Origin: a virus
DNA: 64,000 bases
Reading direction: 5' to 3' (one strand)
Virus record (IMG/VR): IMGVR_UViG_3300033429_000001
Location: 1 to 64,000 of that record
The number at the start of each line of letters is the position of its first letter. The stretch's first letter is position 1. The translations under genes and the position numbers were made by a program. This document shows, in pieces, positions 9,283 through 18,121 of the stretch. The notes beneath the pieces are model-generated. The model saw only the letters and a program-made list of their open reading frames with translations. It searched no databases and was not told the origin of the DNA.

Positions 9283-9711
9283 ATGGGGTCGACAGTTGAC
9301 TTGATCTATTGCGCTGATGGCAATGCCCGGTTTGCCTCAATCGCTATTGGGGCCGAATTCACATACGGAGCGCAGCTTCCCAACACTGTCTACTTTCGGC
9401 CCGATTTCGTAGATCAGGATTGGAAAAATCCAAACTTGGAGCGATACATGGTGGCATTAGCGCAACACCGTCCCCGTCTGGCCACCGTGCTGGATTTGGA
9501 GAGGTGGGAACAATTGGCGAGGGTGATTTGGTGGGCCGTGATTGCAGCGCAATATGTTACAGAAGCGATTATTATCATACCCAAAATCACTGGGGTTATT
9601 GAGCATCTGCCGACCGATATAAACAACATTCCAATACGGTTAGGATTCAGTTGGCCGACTGGACATGGAATTGAAAATGACAAAGCGTGGATATTGGCCC
9701 ACCCTGAATGA
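9283..9711 (+). CDS. Phage hypothetical protein (DUF6610-like), probably truncated or chimeric
   Basis: LIYCADGN...FVDQDWKNP...ATVLD; C-terminus switches to a WILAH MTase-like fragment. Confidence 0.5.
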   Translation: MGSTVDLIYCADGNARFASIAIGAEFTYGAQLPNTVYFRPDFVDQDWKNPNLERYMVALAQHRPRLATVLDLERWEQLARVIWWAVIAAQYVTEAIIIIPKITGVIEHLPTDINNIPIRLGFSWPTGHGIENDKAWILAHPE

Positions 9712-9976
9712 GAAAGACGGTCAGAAATGGGGAAATGGTGGTAAAAATGCAGACGCGCCATACGAAGCATTTCGGCGCAGTTGTAAGGCCATTGTAGATA
9801 TGTGGCAGGGATCGCTAGGCAATGATTTGCAACAAAAGCTATTCTAACCAGACCGTTCCAGGCGATAGATTGGAATTGATCTAATGGCCGGCTTATTATG
9901 GTTCGCCGGCATATGTTTCGTCCTTCTGGTGATCTATTTTTCTGGCCCTGGAACAATGTCTCAATCTCAATGGAAT

Positions 9977-10005
9977 TTGACATCTAAGTAGTTTTGATTT
10001 ATAAT
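9977..10005 (+). promoter_or_regulatory. sigma70 promoter TTGACA-17-TATAAT for the replication operon
   Basis: Perfect consensus. Confidence 0.85.
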
Positions 10006-10020
10006 ATCTGTACTTAACAA

Positions 10021-10145
10021 ATCGAGTTTGGCGACTCGTAACCCAGGACAGAAACCGCTTTTTTGGGGTTTCTATTTGTCAACCTGTTACCTGGACAGGT
10101 CGCCAACTAGAGACAAGTAGAAACCCCACAGGGGCGGTTTTTTGT
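10021..10145 (+). promoter_or_regulatory. Structured leader/attenuator upstream of the replication initiator
   Basis: Long hairpin 10052-10140 plus T tract; TTGGCGAC (10028-35) complementary to GTCGCCAA (10099-106) in its loop. Confidence 0.65.
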
Positions 10146-10261
10146 TTCCATAAAAGTTAGAAAGGCTAAGATTTTGCCCACCTCAAAGCCTGGATTAAAG
10201 CAACGGGGACAGATTGTTATTATTGGCTAGAGAAGGCAGAGGTTAAGTCAAGGGATGAATC

Positions 10262-11074
10262 ATGAGCGGTAAAATAATGGGAATTGCCTGGGAGGGCAAA
10301 CTTCCCCAAAATGAGAAATTTGTACTTTTAGCCTATGCCGATCACGCAGATCATGAAGGCAATGGGATATTTCCCTCAATTGGGTTAATAGCCTGGAAAA
10401 CTGGTTACAGTACCAGGAATGTGACTAGAATAAAGCAGGGTTTAATCAAAAAAGGCATTCTAGTTCAGACGGGCACAAAAGACAGCGGGACGCAGATATA
10501 CAGAATAGACACAGAAAAGATTCCAAAGTTGCCTGATAGAAAACGCAATTTTTTAAGTAGTGACAATTTGTCACCCCATGACAATTTGTCACCCCCCCCT
10601 GACACCCGTGTCACCCCCCCCCTGACACCCGTGTCACCCCCCCATGACATAGCTATGTCACCCGAACCGTCATTAACCACCAAAGAAACGTCAGGGAACC
10701 AGCCCCCTAAAAATCCCTCAAAATACACCACCCAACAACTCCTTTTCGGCAAGCTGGCCCTAATTTGCAAAATCGACCTCGACCTGATGACCCCCAACCA
10801 AGAATCCGTCCTTACCAACACCTCCACCCGTCTCGACAAGGCCGGCGTTCAGCCTGACCAAATAGATTCATTTGCCACCTGGTGGGACGCCAATGACTGG
10901 CGCGGCCAAAAGGGGAGTCCGCCGACGCCGGGGCAAGTAATTGAAACCTGGGGCCAGTTCAAGGCGAGCCAGGGGCCGGGAAAGAAAAGAGGTCAACGTT
11001 CGTTCAGTAAAGAGGAGTTGGCAACCATCGAGCGGTTACGGGCGATGGATGAGAAAACAGCGTTCAGGATGTGA
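10262..11074 (+). CDS. Phage replication initiator (N-terminal winged HTH, lambda O-like organisation)
   Basis: KFVLLAYADHAD..G...FPSI..IA.KTG.S.R.V; internal iterons; upstream of DnaB. Confidence 0.85.
   Translation: MSGKIMGIAWEGKLPQNEKFVLLAYADHADHEGNGIFPSIGLIAWKTGYSTRNVTRIKQGLIKKGILVQTGTKDSGTQIYRIDTEKIPKLPDRKRNFLSSDNLSPHDNLSPPPDTRVTPPLTPVSPPHDIAMSPEPSLTTKETSGNQPPKNPSKYTTQQLLFGKLALICKIDLDLMTPNQESVLTNTSTRLDKAGVQPDQIDSFATWWDANDWRGQKGSPPTPGQVIETWGQFKASQGPGKKRGQRSFSKEELATIERLRAMDEKTAFRM
10560..10663. repeat. Iteron array, putative replication origin: five TGACA-N-TGTCA-CCC palindromic units inside the initiator gene
   Basis: TGACAATTTGTCACCCC x2, TGACACCCGTGTCACCCCCCC x2, TGACATAGCTATGTCACCC. 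Confidence 0.85.
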
Positions 11075-11096
11075 TTTTATCAGCGAGGAGTCAACT

Positions 11097-11342
11097 ATGG
11101 ATACTCAAGAAATGGAACAACAATATTGTGAGGACAACCACTGCAAAAAATGCGGACTGTTCCACGGATTGATCGGAATAATCAATGAGCAGCAGGAATT
11201 GATTAACCAGCTTATTGACGAACGTCCGAAAACGGAAAACACTAAAGAGATTAAGGACGCGCTAAACCGAATTATCGGAAAAACGGAAACAGTACGCAAC
11301 CAGGCAGGCTTTTTTGCGTTGGGGCCAGGGGAGCTTGATTGA
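11097..11342 (+). CDS. Hypothetical protein, paralogue of the 7147-7491 C-terminus
   Basis: GAGGAG RBS; repeat. Confidence 0.65.
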   Translation: MDTQEMEQQYCEDNHCKKCGLFHGLIGIINEQQELINQLIDERPKTENTKEIKDALNRIIGKTETVRNQAGFFALGPGELD

Positions 11343-12130
11343 TGAATGAACTCGCCCTCTTCGCCGGTGCAGGCGGCGGTCTGCTGGCCACTCACCACCT
11401 GCTTGGCTGGCGCTGCGTTGGCTACGTGGAAATGGCTGAATACACTTGTAAGGTGTTGGAGGCAAGAATCAATGACGGACTATTGTCCAAAGCACCAATC
11501 TTTCAGATGCACACCAAAGACTTTATCCGACTCGGACTCGCTGAAAAATATCGAGGCGTGGCTGACGTCATTACTGCGGGATTTCCCTGTCAGCCGTTCG
11601 CAATTGGAGGCAAACGGCGAGGCGCTAACGATGACCGCAACGCCTGGCCCGATACCATTCGCATTATTAGAGAAGTCAAGCCGCAATGGGTTTTCCTGGA
11701 AAACTCTCCAAACCTCCTTTCAGTTCAGCATCAAGGGACAACTCCCCCCTACATTCAGCAGATCATTGGAGAGTTGGCCTCAAGCGGGTATGTGGGACGA
11801 TGGGGCTGCCTATCGGCTTCTACTTTGGGAGCCGACCACAAACGGAAACGGGTTTGGATTGTTGCCCACGCCATTGGCCAGGGACGGAAAATCATTCTAC
11901 GTGGTCACACGCAAAGCAGCCAAGCGACGAGTTATGCGCCAGAAGCCATTGAAACAACTCCATTGGATACACTATGGAGTCGTTTATCACGACTTGAGGA
12001 AAGGCTGGGCGAACCCTCGGTTCTCCGAGATGATGATGCTCTGGCCCATCGGGTGGACCGACTTGAAGCCGCTGGACAAGGCCAAGTTCCAGCAGTGGTT
12101 GCAGAAGCTTGGCGGTTGCTGATGGAGTAG
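11339..12130 (+). CDS. DNA (cytosine-5)-methyltransferase, alpha-type polypeptide
   Basis: LFAGAGG (I), GFPCQPF (IV), ENS (VI), H.R.R (VIII), RL.A.G.GQVP (X). Confidence 0.9.
   Translation: MMNELALFAGAGGGLLATHHLLGWRCVGYVEMAEYTCKVLEARINDGLLSKAPIFQMHTKDFIRLGLAEKYRGVADVITAGFPCQPFAIGGKRRGANDDRNAWPDTIRIIREVKPQWVFLENSPNLLSVQHQGTTPPYIQQIIGELASSGYVGRWGCLSASTLGADHKRKRVWIVAHAIGQGRKIILRGHTQSSQATSYAPEAIETTPLDTLWSRLSRLEERLGEPSVLRDDDALAHRVDRLEAAGQGQVPAVVAEAWRLLME
11346..12122 (+). CDS. Overlapping +1-frame ORF, putative beta polypeptide of the C5 MTase; start uncertain
   Basis: 258 codons open inside the MTase; LLPTP..RD and NPRFSEMMMLWPIGWT (motif IX-like), which the main frame lacks. Confidence 0.65.
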   Translation: MNSPSSPVQAAVCWPLTTCLAGAALATWKWLNTLVRCWRQESMTDYCPKHQSFRCTPKTLSDSDSLKNIEAWLTSLLRDFPVSRSQLEANGEALTMTATPGPIPFALLEKSSRNGFSWKTLQTSFQFSIKGQLPPTFSRSLESWPQAGMWDDGAAYRLLLWEPTTNGNGFGLLPTPLARDGKSFYVVTRKAAKRRVMRQKPLKQLHWIHYGVVYHDLRKGWANPRFSEMMMLWPIGWTDLKPLDKAKFQQWLQKLGGC

Positions 12131-12275
12131 CAGCGCCCGCCCCTATTCTCGGGGTCGGGTCGCCTAGAGAGGGCCGAGCGCAGCAGGGCGGGAGGCGGGG
12201 TTTGACGGGGAATTTTTTCTAACACGATTGCTGAAACCACTAGAATACGCCATAGCGCAAAAGGAGATCAAAATA

Positions 12276-13745
12276 ATGACAACCAAAAACCAAAAACAAT
12301 TACCCGCTGTAGTTCCTGACAAGCTACAGCCCCACAACGTGGAGGCTGAGGAGGCGGTGATCGGCTCGCTACTCATCGACCCGGACGCCATTATCCGGGT
12401 GGCTACGTTCCTGAACGGCCCGGATTTCTTCATTGAGCGACACGGCATGGTCTTTGACGCGATTCAGGCGTTGAGCGCCCGCAATCAGCCCGCTGACCTG
12501 GTTACTCTGGCCGATGAGTTAGAGCGCCGGGGGGAGCTGCGGGAGGTTGGAGGGGGGGCTTATTTGACGAGCCTTATCAATCAAACTCCAACCTCGATTC
12601 ACGTGGAATATTACGGGCGTATTGTTGAGCGCTGCGCTGTCCTGCGGCGGCTGATAAATGCGGCAGGCCAGATTTCCAGATTGGCCTACCGGGATCAGGA
12701 GGCTGACGCTATGGAGGTGGTTAATCGGGCCGAGGAGATCATTTTTAATGTGTCGCCTGGCGGGGACAAACATGGGTTACAGCATGTAAGTGTAGCGGTG
12801 CAGGAGCTACTAGATCAAGTAAATTATTTACAAAATCATAAGGGCCAGGTTGTGGGGCTACCCACCGGCCTTACTGACCTGGACAAGCTGATAGGCGGCT
12901 TGCAGCGTTCAGATATGGTCGTGGTGGCAGGTAGACCGGGGATGGGAAAATCGAGTCTTTCCCTGAATGTAGCCCACCATGCGACCCGGAAATTAAACAA
13001 GCGAGTAGCTATTTTTAGCCTGGAAATGTCAAAAGTTCAGTTAGTGCAGCGGCTAGTCAGCGCAGAGACGGGTATTGATAGTTTTCGTATTCGCGTGGGT
13101 GACATCCGAGGGAATGAATGGCCGACATTTATAGCAGCGTCTAAGATAATCCACGACGCGCCTATTTTCATTGACGACACCCCGGCTATCTCGGCGATGG
13201 AGCTTAGGGCCAAAGCTCGCCGTTTGCATGCCGAGTATGGCCTTGATTTGCTCATTGTGGACTACCTACAACTGATGACTGGCGACCGCAAAAGCGAGAA
13301 TCGGCAACAGGAGATTAGCTATATCTCACGCTCGATCAAGGCCCTGGCCAGAGAGTTGAATATCCCGATTCTTGCTTTGAGTCAATTGTCAAGGGAGTGT
13401 GAGAAGCGGCATGACAAGCGGCCACACTTGAGCGATTTGAGAGACTCCGGAAGCATCGAGCAGGATAGCGACGTGGTTATCTTTATCTATCGTGATGACG
13501 TTTACAATCCTGATACTGAATTTCCAGACCTGGCCGAGCTTATAGTGGGGAAACATCGAGGCGGGCCGACAGGTATGTTCTCTGTGTATTTCCGTAAGCC
13601 GCTTTGCCAGTTTGTTGATCTGGAAATCCATCACCAACAACTTGAACCCGCCCCCGGCACGCCGGCAGCCAACGGCAACGGGCGCGGGCCTGCGGGGCCT
13701 GCGGTGACTGGGAACGGGACGATTGTCAGGGAAAAGAGGTTGTAA
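12276..13745 (+). CDS. dnaB: Replicative DNA helicase DnaB
   Basis: PHNVEAEEAVIGSLL, GRPGMGKS, FSLEMS, IVDYLQL, LSQLSR, DLRDSGSIEQDSD, KHRGGPTG. Confidence 0.97.
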   Translation: MTTKNQKQLPAVVPDKLQPHNVEAEEAVIGSLLIDPDAIIRVATFLNGPDFFIERHGMVFDAIQALSARNQPADLVTLADELERRGELREVGGGAYLTSLINQTPTSIHVEYYGRIVERCAVLRRLINAAGQISRLAYRDQEADAMEVVNRAEEIIFNVSPGGDKHGLQHVSVAVQELLDQVNYLQNHKGQVVGLPTGLTDLDKLIGGLQRSDMVVVAGRPGMGKSSLSLNVAHHATRKLNKRVAIFSLEMSKVQLVQRLVSAETGIDSFRIRVGDIRGNEWPTFIAASKIIHDAPIFIDDTPAISAMELRAKARRLHAEYGLDLLIVDYLQLMTGDRKSENRQQEISYISRSIKALARELNIPILALSQLSRECEKRHDKRPHLSDLRDSGSIEQDSDVVIFIYRDDVYNPDTEFPDLAELIVGKHRGGPTGMFSVYFRKPLCQFVDLEIHHQQLEPAPGTPAANGNGRGPAGPAVTGNGTIVREKRL

Positions 13746-13879
13746 ATGGTGCGACCCAGGCAACTATCGTTTTTTGACAATGAACGTTTGGGAATTGATA
13801 GCTCAATTGAGTTGAGCTTGTCCAGTCTCAGAGAATACGGCCATGCCTCACCGCGGTGCGGAGAAAGTAGGCAAGACAA

Positions 13880-14041
13880 ATGAAATATTATGATGTAACA
13901 TACGAAATTGTTAATCTTAAAACACGCAAAACAGAAAAACGTATTTTTGTATCTGGAATTGATTACAAATCTGCATTAGCAATTAAACGCAATCACAAAA
14001 AGATTTGCGCGATGCGCGTCAAACGTTCCGCCCAGCAATAG
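13880..14041 (+). CDS. Small basic hypothetical protein (MKYYDVTYEIVNLKTRK...)
   Basis: 53-aa ORF, duplicated at 5019-5183. Confidence 0.55.
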   Translation: MKYYDVTYEIVNLKTRKTEKRIFVSGIDYKSALAIKRNHKKICAMRVKRSAQQ

Positions 14042-14141
14042 CAATTAACCCGACCATCTTCCCGACTTAACCAGTATTCGCACAGACGAACGTTAAAAAT
14101 AAATTCGTCCAGATAGCTATCGTATCCCGCAGCGAGGAACA

Positions 14142-14483
14142 ATGACCGTCAAATGGGACGCAGAAAACGAAAACGGGACAACTATTTACAGACTGCGACC
14201 TGAATTTTGCCACCAGGAGGTAGAGGTTACGATTCGTCCGGTGTTTACTCACTGGACGTTTGTCCTGAGAAATCGCCGCAACTGTCCAATGAGCAACGAT
14301 GAGATTTCGCGCGAGGCCGGGGAGTATGAGCCGGGCACGTTGTACGGTGGGCGGCCTGACACCTGGAAAAATTTGCAGACGGCCAAGGCCAAAGCGCAGG
14401 GAGCGGCCGGGGATCGGTTGTATCTATCACGCTGTGGGATAACGTTCAAAAATGGGAAGTGTGAAAATGGAAACGGCAGGTAG
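14142..14483 (+). CDS. Hypothetical protein
   Basis: GAGGA RBS. Confidence 0.55.
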   Translation: MTVKWDAENENGTTIYRLRPEFCHQEVEVTIRPVFTHWTFVLRNRRNCPMSNDEISREAGEYEPGTLYGGRPDTWKNLQTAKAKAQGAAGDRLYLSRCGITFKNGKCENGNGR

Positions 14484-14493
14484 GGAGAGCAAA

Positions 14494-15201
14494 ATGAACG
14501 AGTTTCAAATCATCGTCGCCGATCCTCCGTGGCGCTTTAAAAATTGGTCAATGTCTCAATTAACCCAACGCGGGGAGAAATGGGCCAGGCGCAATGGTCG
14601 CAGCCCTTACCCGGTGATGACGACAGAGGATATTTGTAAAATTCCTGTTTGGGAAATTGCCGCAAAGGATTCATTGTTGTATCTGTGGGCTACGTGGCCT
14701 AAAATGATGGATGCTTTACAGGTGATGGACTCTTGGGGATTCGAGTACATCACCCAGGCATTCACCTGGATAAAACAGAATCCTTCCGGTTGCGGTTGGC
14801 ATTTCGGCCTGGGTTATTACACGCACGGGAATAGCGAAGTGGTTTTAATTGGGAAAAGGGGAAAAGGGGTCAAAAGAGTCGACAAAGGGGTTTCAAGCCT
14901 AGTGATCTACCCCAGAGGGCAGCACTCAGCCAAGCCGCCGACAGTCGCCAGTAGAATTGAGCGACTACACGGTGATGGTGTGCCGAGGGTTGAGTTATTC
15001 GCCCGCCGTCCTGTGACGGGGTGGTCAACTTGGGGGAATGAGGTAGAGCTATCCCCAGGAACGGAACCCCTTTGGGATTATGTTGCTCCCCCATACGAGG
15101 CCATTGTAGATGAAGATGAGTATAACGGCCTCCCTCCAGAACAGGAAGCAAATATGCCAAATGGGGCATATGAGCCGGGGGAGCAAATGTTGTTGGTTTG
15201 A
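14494..15201 (+). CDS. MT-A70 family adenine methyltransferase
   Basis: IIVADPPW, Y..M, LYLWAT, WGFEY....F.W.K, G.GYYT..N.E, HSAKP, ELFAR, GWSTWGNE. Confidence 0.93.
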   Translation: MNEFQIIVADPPWRFKNWSMSQLTQRGEKWARRNGRSPYPVMTTEDICKIPVWEIAAKDSLLYLWATWPKMMDALQVMDSWGFEYITQAFTWIKQNPSGCGWHFGLGYYTHGNSEVVLIGKRGKGVKRVDKGVSSLVIYPRGQHSAKPPTVASRIERLHGDGVPRVELFARRPVTGWSTWGNEVELSPGTEPLWDYVAPPYEAIVDEDEYNGLPPEQEANMPNGAYEPGEQMLLV

Positions 15202-15583
15202 GAGATGTGTCACTAATGATAGTCAGAAAGCCTGATTGATGATAACCTTTTATTGCGGTATCAATGAAACAGCTTGGAATCACCACCGGACAGCCCCAGA
15301 GGCAAATTTGCCTGTATAGCCCCCGTATATGGCTCGTCTGAGGTGACGAGGGCCGAGGTAAGGTGCAGATGAGCCGCGAGGTCGCCACCGAGTTTGTTGA
15401 GTTACTAAATTTATCGAGGCCAATGTTCGATCATTGGATTGAGAAAATATAGGAGGATTAAATGAGATGGCGAAGCAAGACGAAGGGCTGCCGAGACAGA
15501 AAGGTAAAATGGTGGCGTTTATGGCTGGAATTGTGGGTGAAATAATTTCATATACCACCTATTCAATATCTGCACCTTCTCGC

Positions 15584-15775
15584 TCATCCCAAAACGATAT
15601 TAATATTTATTGACAAAAACACCATCTGCAACAGTAACAAGCTCCACGTCTTGCGCTTACTGAAATAGACTATCAGCAATAGATTTGAGATTATGTAACA
15701 CCCCGCACCTACTTGGGGGTTGTTAACTATTGTCGCGTTACCTACTACGGCCAAGATTGCTGCTATCCAGTCCAT
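15584..15775 (-). CDS. Small membrane protein
   Basis: AGGAG RBS; three hydrophobic segments. Confidence 0.6.
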   Translation of the reverse strand: MDWIAAILAVVGNATIVNNPQVGAGCYIISNLLLIVYFSKRKTWSLLLLQMVFLSININIVLG

Positions 15776-15817
15776 TGCACACTCCTATTTTGAATTTAGG
15801 AGTGATTTAGTTGTGTC

Positions 15818-16021
15818 TTATTTGGTTCTTGGCCCCGGCTTGGGCCTGCCTGGTAAAGTCTTCAACTGGCCCACCTCAATGTGATGCGTGCCACCAAAAT
15901 AGGTTGACTTTAGCCACCCCTTGTCAATCCATTGCTGGACGGTACGTCGCGTGACGATGAATTTTTTGGCCACCTCTGCTACAGTCATGTAATGGCCTTC
16001 TGTAAAAAATGTAGGCATCAT
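15818..16021 (-). CDS. Excisionase-like HTH DNA-binding protein
   Basis: YMTVAEVAKKF.VTRRTVQQWI..G.L. Confidence 0.8.
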   Translation of the reverse strand: MMPTFFTEGHYMTVAEVAKKFIVTRRTVQQWIDKGWLKSTYFGGTHHIEVGQLKTLPGRPKPGPRTK

Positions 16022-16229
16022 AGCACCTCAATCAATGTCATAATTTCAGTGAGTGCGGAGAAACTTGCAGCCATCTTTGACCAGGCCGTAAGCGATTCCG
16101 GTAAAAAACCGGTCTCCCTTAAAGGCCGGGTAAGCCTGGCCCCCGGTCAGGGTAATGCCCTTTTGGGCTAGTTGTCGGACGATTCGGCCTTCCCGGTTTG
16201 CCGGGTGACAAGTTAGGCTGAATGCCTGA

Positions 16230-16430
16230 TCATTGCTTGTTATTAAGGCGTGGTTGAAATAAAGACACTCTTTTGGCATCCCTGTAATCAATCCAGCCAC
16301 GTTGACCATTTTCCCAATCTACAAAGAAACCGTTTGATCCGATTTCTAAAACCATACCAAGGTCGTCGGGATTATTATCCCACATCACCGCTGTCATCTT
16401 CAGTAATCGCTTCGCTTCGTTTGTTGACAT
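16230..16430 (-). CDS. Hypothetical protein (SH3-like)
   Basis: TAAGGAG RBS. Confidence 0.6.
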   Translation of the reverse strand: MSTNEAKRLLKMTAVMWDNNPDDLGMVLEIGSNGFFVDWENGQRGWIDYRDAKRVSLFQPRLNNKQ

Positions 16431-16454
16431 TTTATTCTCCTTACTTAAAATTTA

Positions 16455-16545
16455 CGCCCTTCTCCTCGCCTGCAAGTTTCCGCCGACTTGCTTTGATTGT
16501 CGCGTGACTGGCCGAAAGTAACCAATCGAGGCGAGGAGGAGAGCG
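16455..16545 (-). ncRNA. Putative structured element, copy B (homologue of 197-291)
   Basis: Covarying helices. Confidence 0.6.
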
Positions 16546-16584
16546 GGAAGCTCTCGTTACCCCCACAATGTGGGGAATTGATTG

Positions 16585-16758
16585 TTAGTTGACTTCATCA
16601 TAGATGTTTTTGGCCAGATCATCGTTGTTGTCGCTGGTGAACATTAAGTTGAGCGCATCTTTGACTTGCTGTAATGTTTTTCCGGCAAATTCACTAACTA
16701 CCTGTTGCCAATTCTCGGCTCCTACGCTGTCAATAATATAATCTTGCTTATCTAACAT
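16585..16758 (-). CDS. Small hypothetical protein (57 aa, MLDKQDYIIDSVGAENW...), not in the ORF track
   Basis: AAGGAG RBS, own promoter, 5' end duplicated at window start. Confidence 0.7.
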   Translation of the reverse strand: MLDKQDYIIDSVGAENWQQVVSEFAGKTLQQVKDALNLMFTSDNNDDLAKNIYDEVN

Positions 16759-16923
16759 TTTATTCTCCTTTTTGCTATTTCAGTGAGTTTATCTCTCTGA
16801 ACTGTCTATATAATACCACATTTGGTACTAATTGTCCACCCAAAGTTTCGCTGAGTGAAACAAAAACAGACGAATTTCGATAACTTTAAGGTTAGCCCCT
16901 AAACGCGCCTTAATGAAATAATT

Positions 16924-16952
16924 TTGACTTGCATAGTCGTTTGTGATAATAT
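16924..16952 (+). promoter_or_regulatory. Rightward sigma70-like promoter TTGACT-17-TAATAT
   Basis: Near consensus, upstream of AGGAGGT RBS. Confidence 0.6.
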
Positions 16953-16991
16953 TATTATAACATCATAATTCCACAAATTTAGGAGGTAAAA

Positions 16992-17498
16992 ATGAAGTTA
17001 AGTTTGATTTTGGTGAGTATCTTTGTTCTCATGTTTATGGTCAACCCATTCTTTATGCCGGTGATGGCTCAGGAGCAACCGGTGAGCCAATTCGAGTCAC
17101 CGGTTCCGCCCGTTGAAGAGCCAGAACCAGTTGCTCCTGGGATTGACTGGAAACAAATTCTCGATGACCTATTTGCTGGTGAGTCTATGGTTGAAGCGGT
17201 AGAACTGGCAATTGCGGCCTTACTGGGGCTGTTCGGCCTGGGTAATCTAACTCAGGTTATTGTCAATGCCCTCAAAAAGATAAACTGGGGCCTTTTGACG
17301 CTTGGGCAAAAGGAGAAGCTGGGTGGCGAGGTGGCCGAAGTTGTCGCTTATTTGGTGGCCGTCCTGCTGACATATGTCTCTACCAATTTTTTGCTGCCAT
17401 TGGCGGACAAGATAGACACGCTCGGCATCTTCGCAATTGGGGTGACAGTGTGGGCCTTTGCAAGGCAGATATACTTTAACAGAAAACGAAACGCCTAG
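16992..17498 (+). CDS. Membrane protein (signal peptide plus 3 TM), possibly holin-like
   Basis: Strong RBS, hydrophobic segments, basic C-terminus. Confidence 0.65.
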   Translation: MKLSLILVSIFVLMFMVNPFFMPVMAQEQPVSQFESPVPPVEEPEPVAPGIDWKQILDDLFAGESMVEAVELAIAALLGLFGLGNLTQVIVNALKKINWGLLTLGQKEKLGGEVAEVVAYLVAVLLTYVSTNFLLPLADKIDTLGIFAIGVTVWAFARQIYFNRKRNA

Positions 17499-17530
17499 CC
17501 TCATATCCAGGAGGCGCAATAAACAATATT

Positions 17531-17569
17531 CTGCCTCTCTGTTAAATTCAGGGAGGCAGTTTGTTTTTT
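17531..17569 (+). terminator. Intrinsic terminator
   Basis: CTGCCTCTCTG/CAGGGAGGCAG hairpin plus T tract. Confidence 0.7.
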
Positions 17570-17582
17570 AGGCCGAGAAATT

Positions 17583-17900
17583 ATGAACAGGTGGAAACGC
17601 AGAGCCAGGGCGCTGGCCCGACTTGCCGAAGATCAATGCGGCAAACCAGAGGGTGACGCTGCCAGAGCAAAACTGCTTGAGATGGTTAATAAATATCCTC
17701 AAGCCAGAGATTATGAGGCTGTTCAAGAATTGGCTCAACGTGACTTTTCAATGGCAGATTTTGGCAATATGAAACGACAGGGTATCTCAACAAGCGGCAG
17801 TTGGACGGGAACAAATTTGGCAAATGCACTCAAGATAATGGTAGAGGATTACCGGCAAAGGCGGGCAAACCACAAGCCACGACTACCGGAGGGCCGATGA
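17583..17900 (+). CDS. Hypothetical protein
   Basis: 105 aa; ATGA overlap with next gene. Confidence 0.6.
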   Translation: MNRWKRRARALARLAEDQCGKPEGDAARAKLLEMVNKYPQARDYEAVQELAQRDFSMADFGNMKRQGISTSGSWTGTNLANALKIMVEDYRQRRANHKPRLPEGR

Positions 17901-18121
17901 AAGCTCTTTTCGCTTTAGCCATAACCGCATCACTAATCGTACCATTCCCCCCGCGTTTCTTCTATTATGTCGTTGAGCCGGGCGATACCCTTTGGGACAT
18001 CTCCTCCCGTTACCTTGGGGCCGGCTGGCGTTACCCAGAGATAGTAAAACTCAATAGTCGTCAGATTTTGGATCCAGATTTGATATATCCAGACCAGGTG
18101 TTTATCATACCAGACGAGTGA
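17897..18121 (+). CDS. LysM-domain protein with N-terminal anchor
   Basis: YVVEPGDTLWDIS.RYLG...YPEI..LN..I.DPDLIYPDQ. Confidence 0.9.
   Translation: MKALFALAITASLIVPFPPRFFYYVVEPGDTLWDISSRYLGAGWRYPEIVKLNSRQILDPDLIYPDQVFIIPDE

Noticed and set aside
7300-11305. DGR template/variable repeat pair
   Set aside because: Mismatches are not confined to adenines of one copy and no reverse transcriptase is in the window; the same applies to 5031/13889.
15360-15578. 11-bp inverted repeat AAGGTGCAGAT/ATCTGCACCTT as MITE or invertible ends
   Set aside because: Short, single occurrence, no target duplication or invertase; may be chance.
15818-16021. Integration module or att site
   Set aside because: An excisionase-like HTH is present but no integrase or att core is recognisable.
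1-16822. Terminal direct repeat defining a 16.7 kb element
   Set aside because: The repeat is a promoter/gene-start cassette and phage gene order continues across 16.8 kb.
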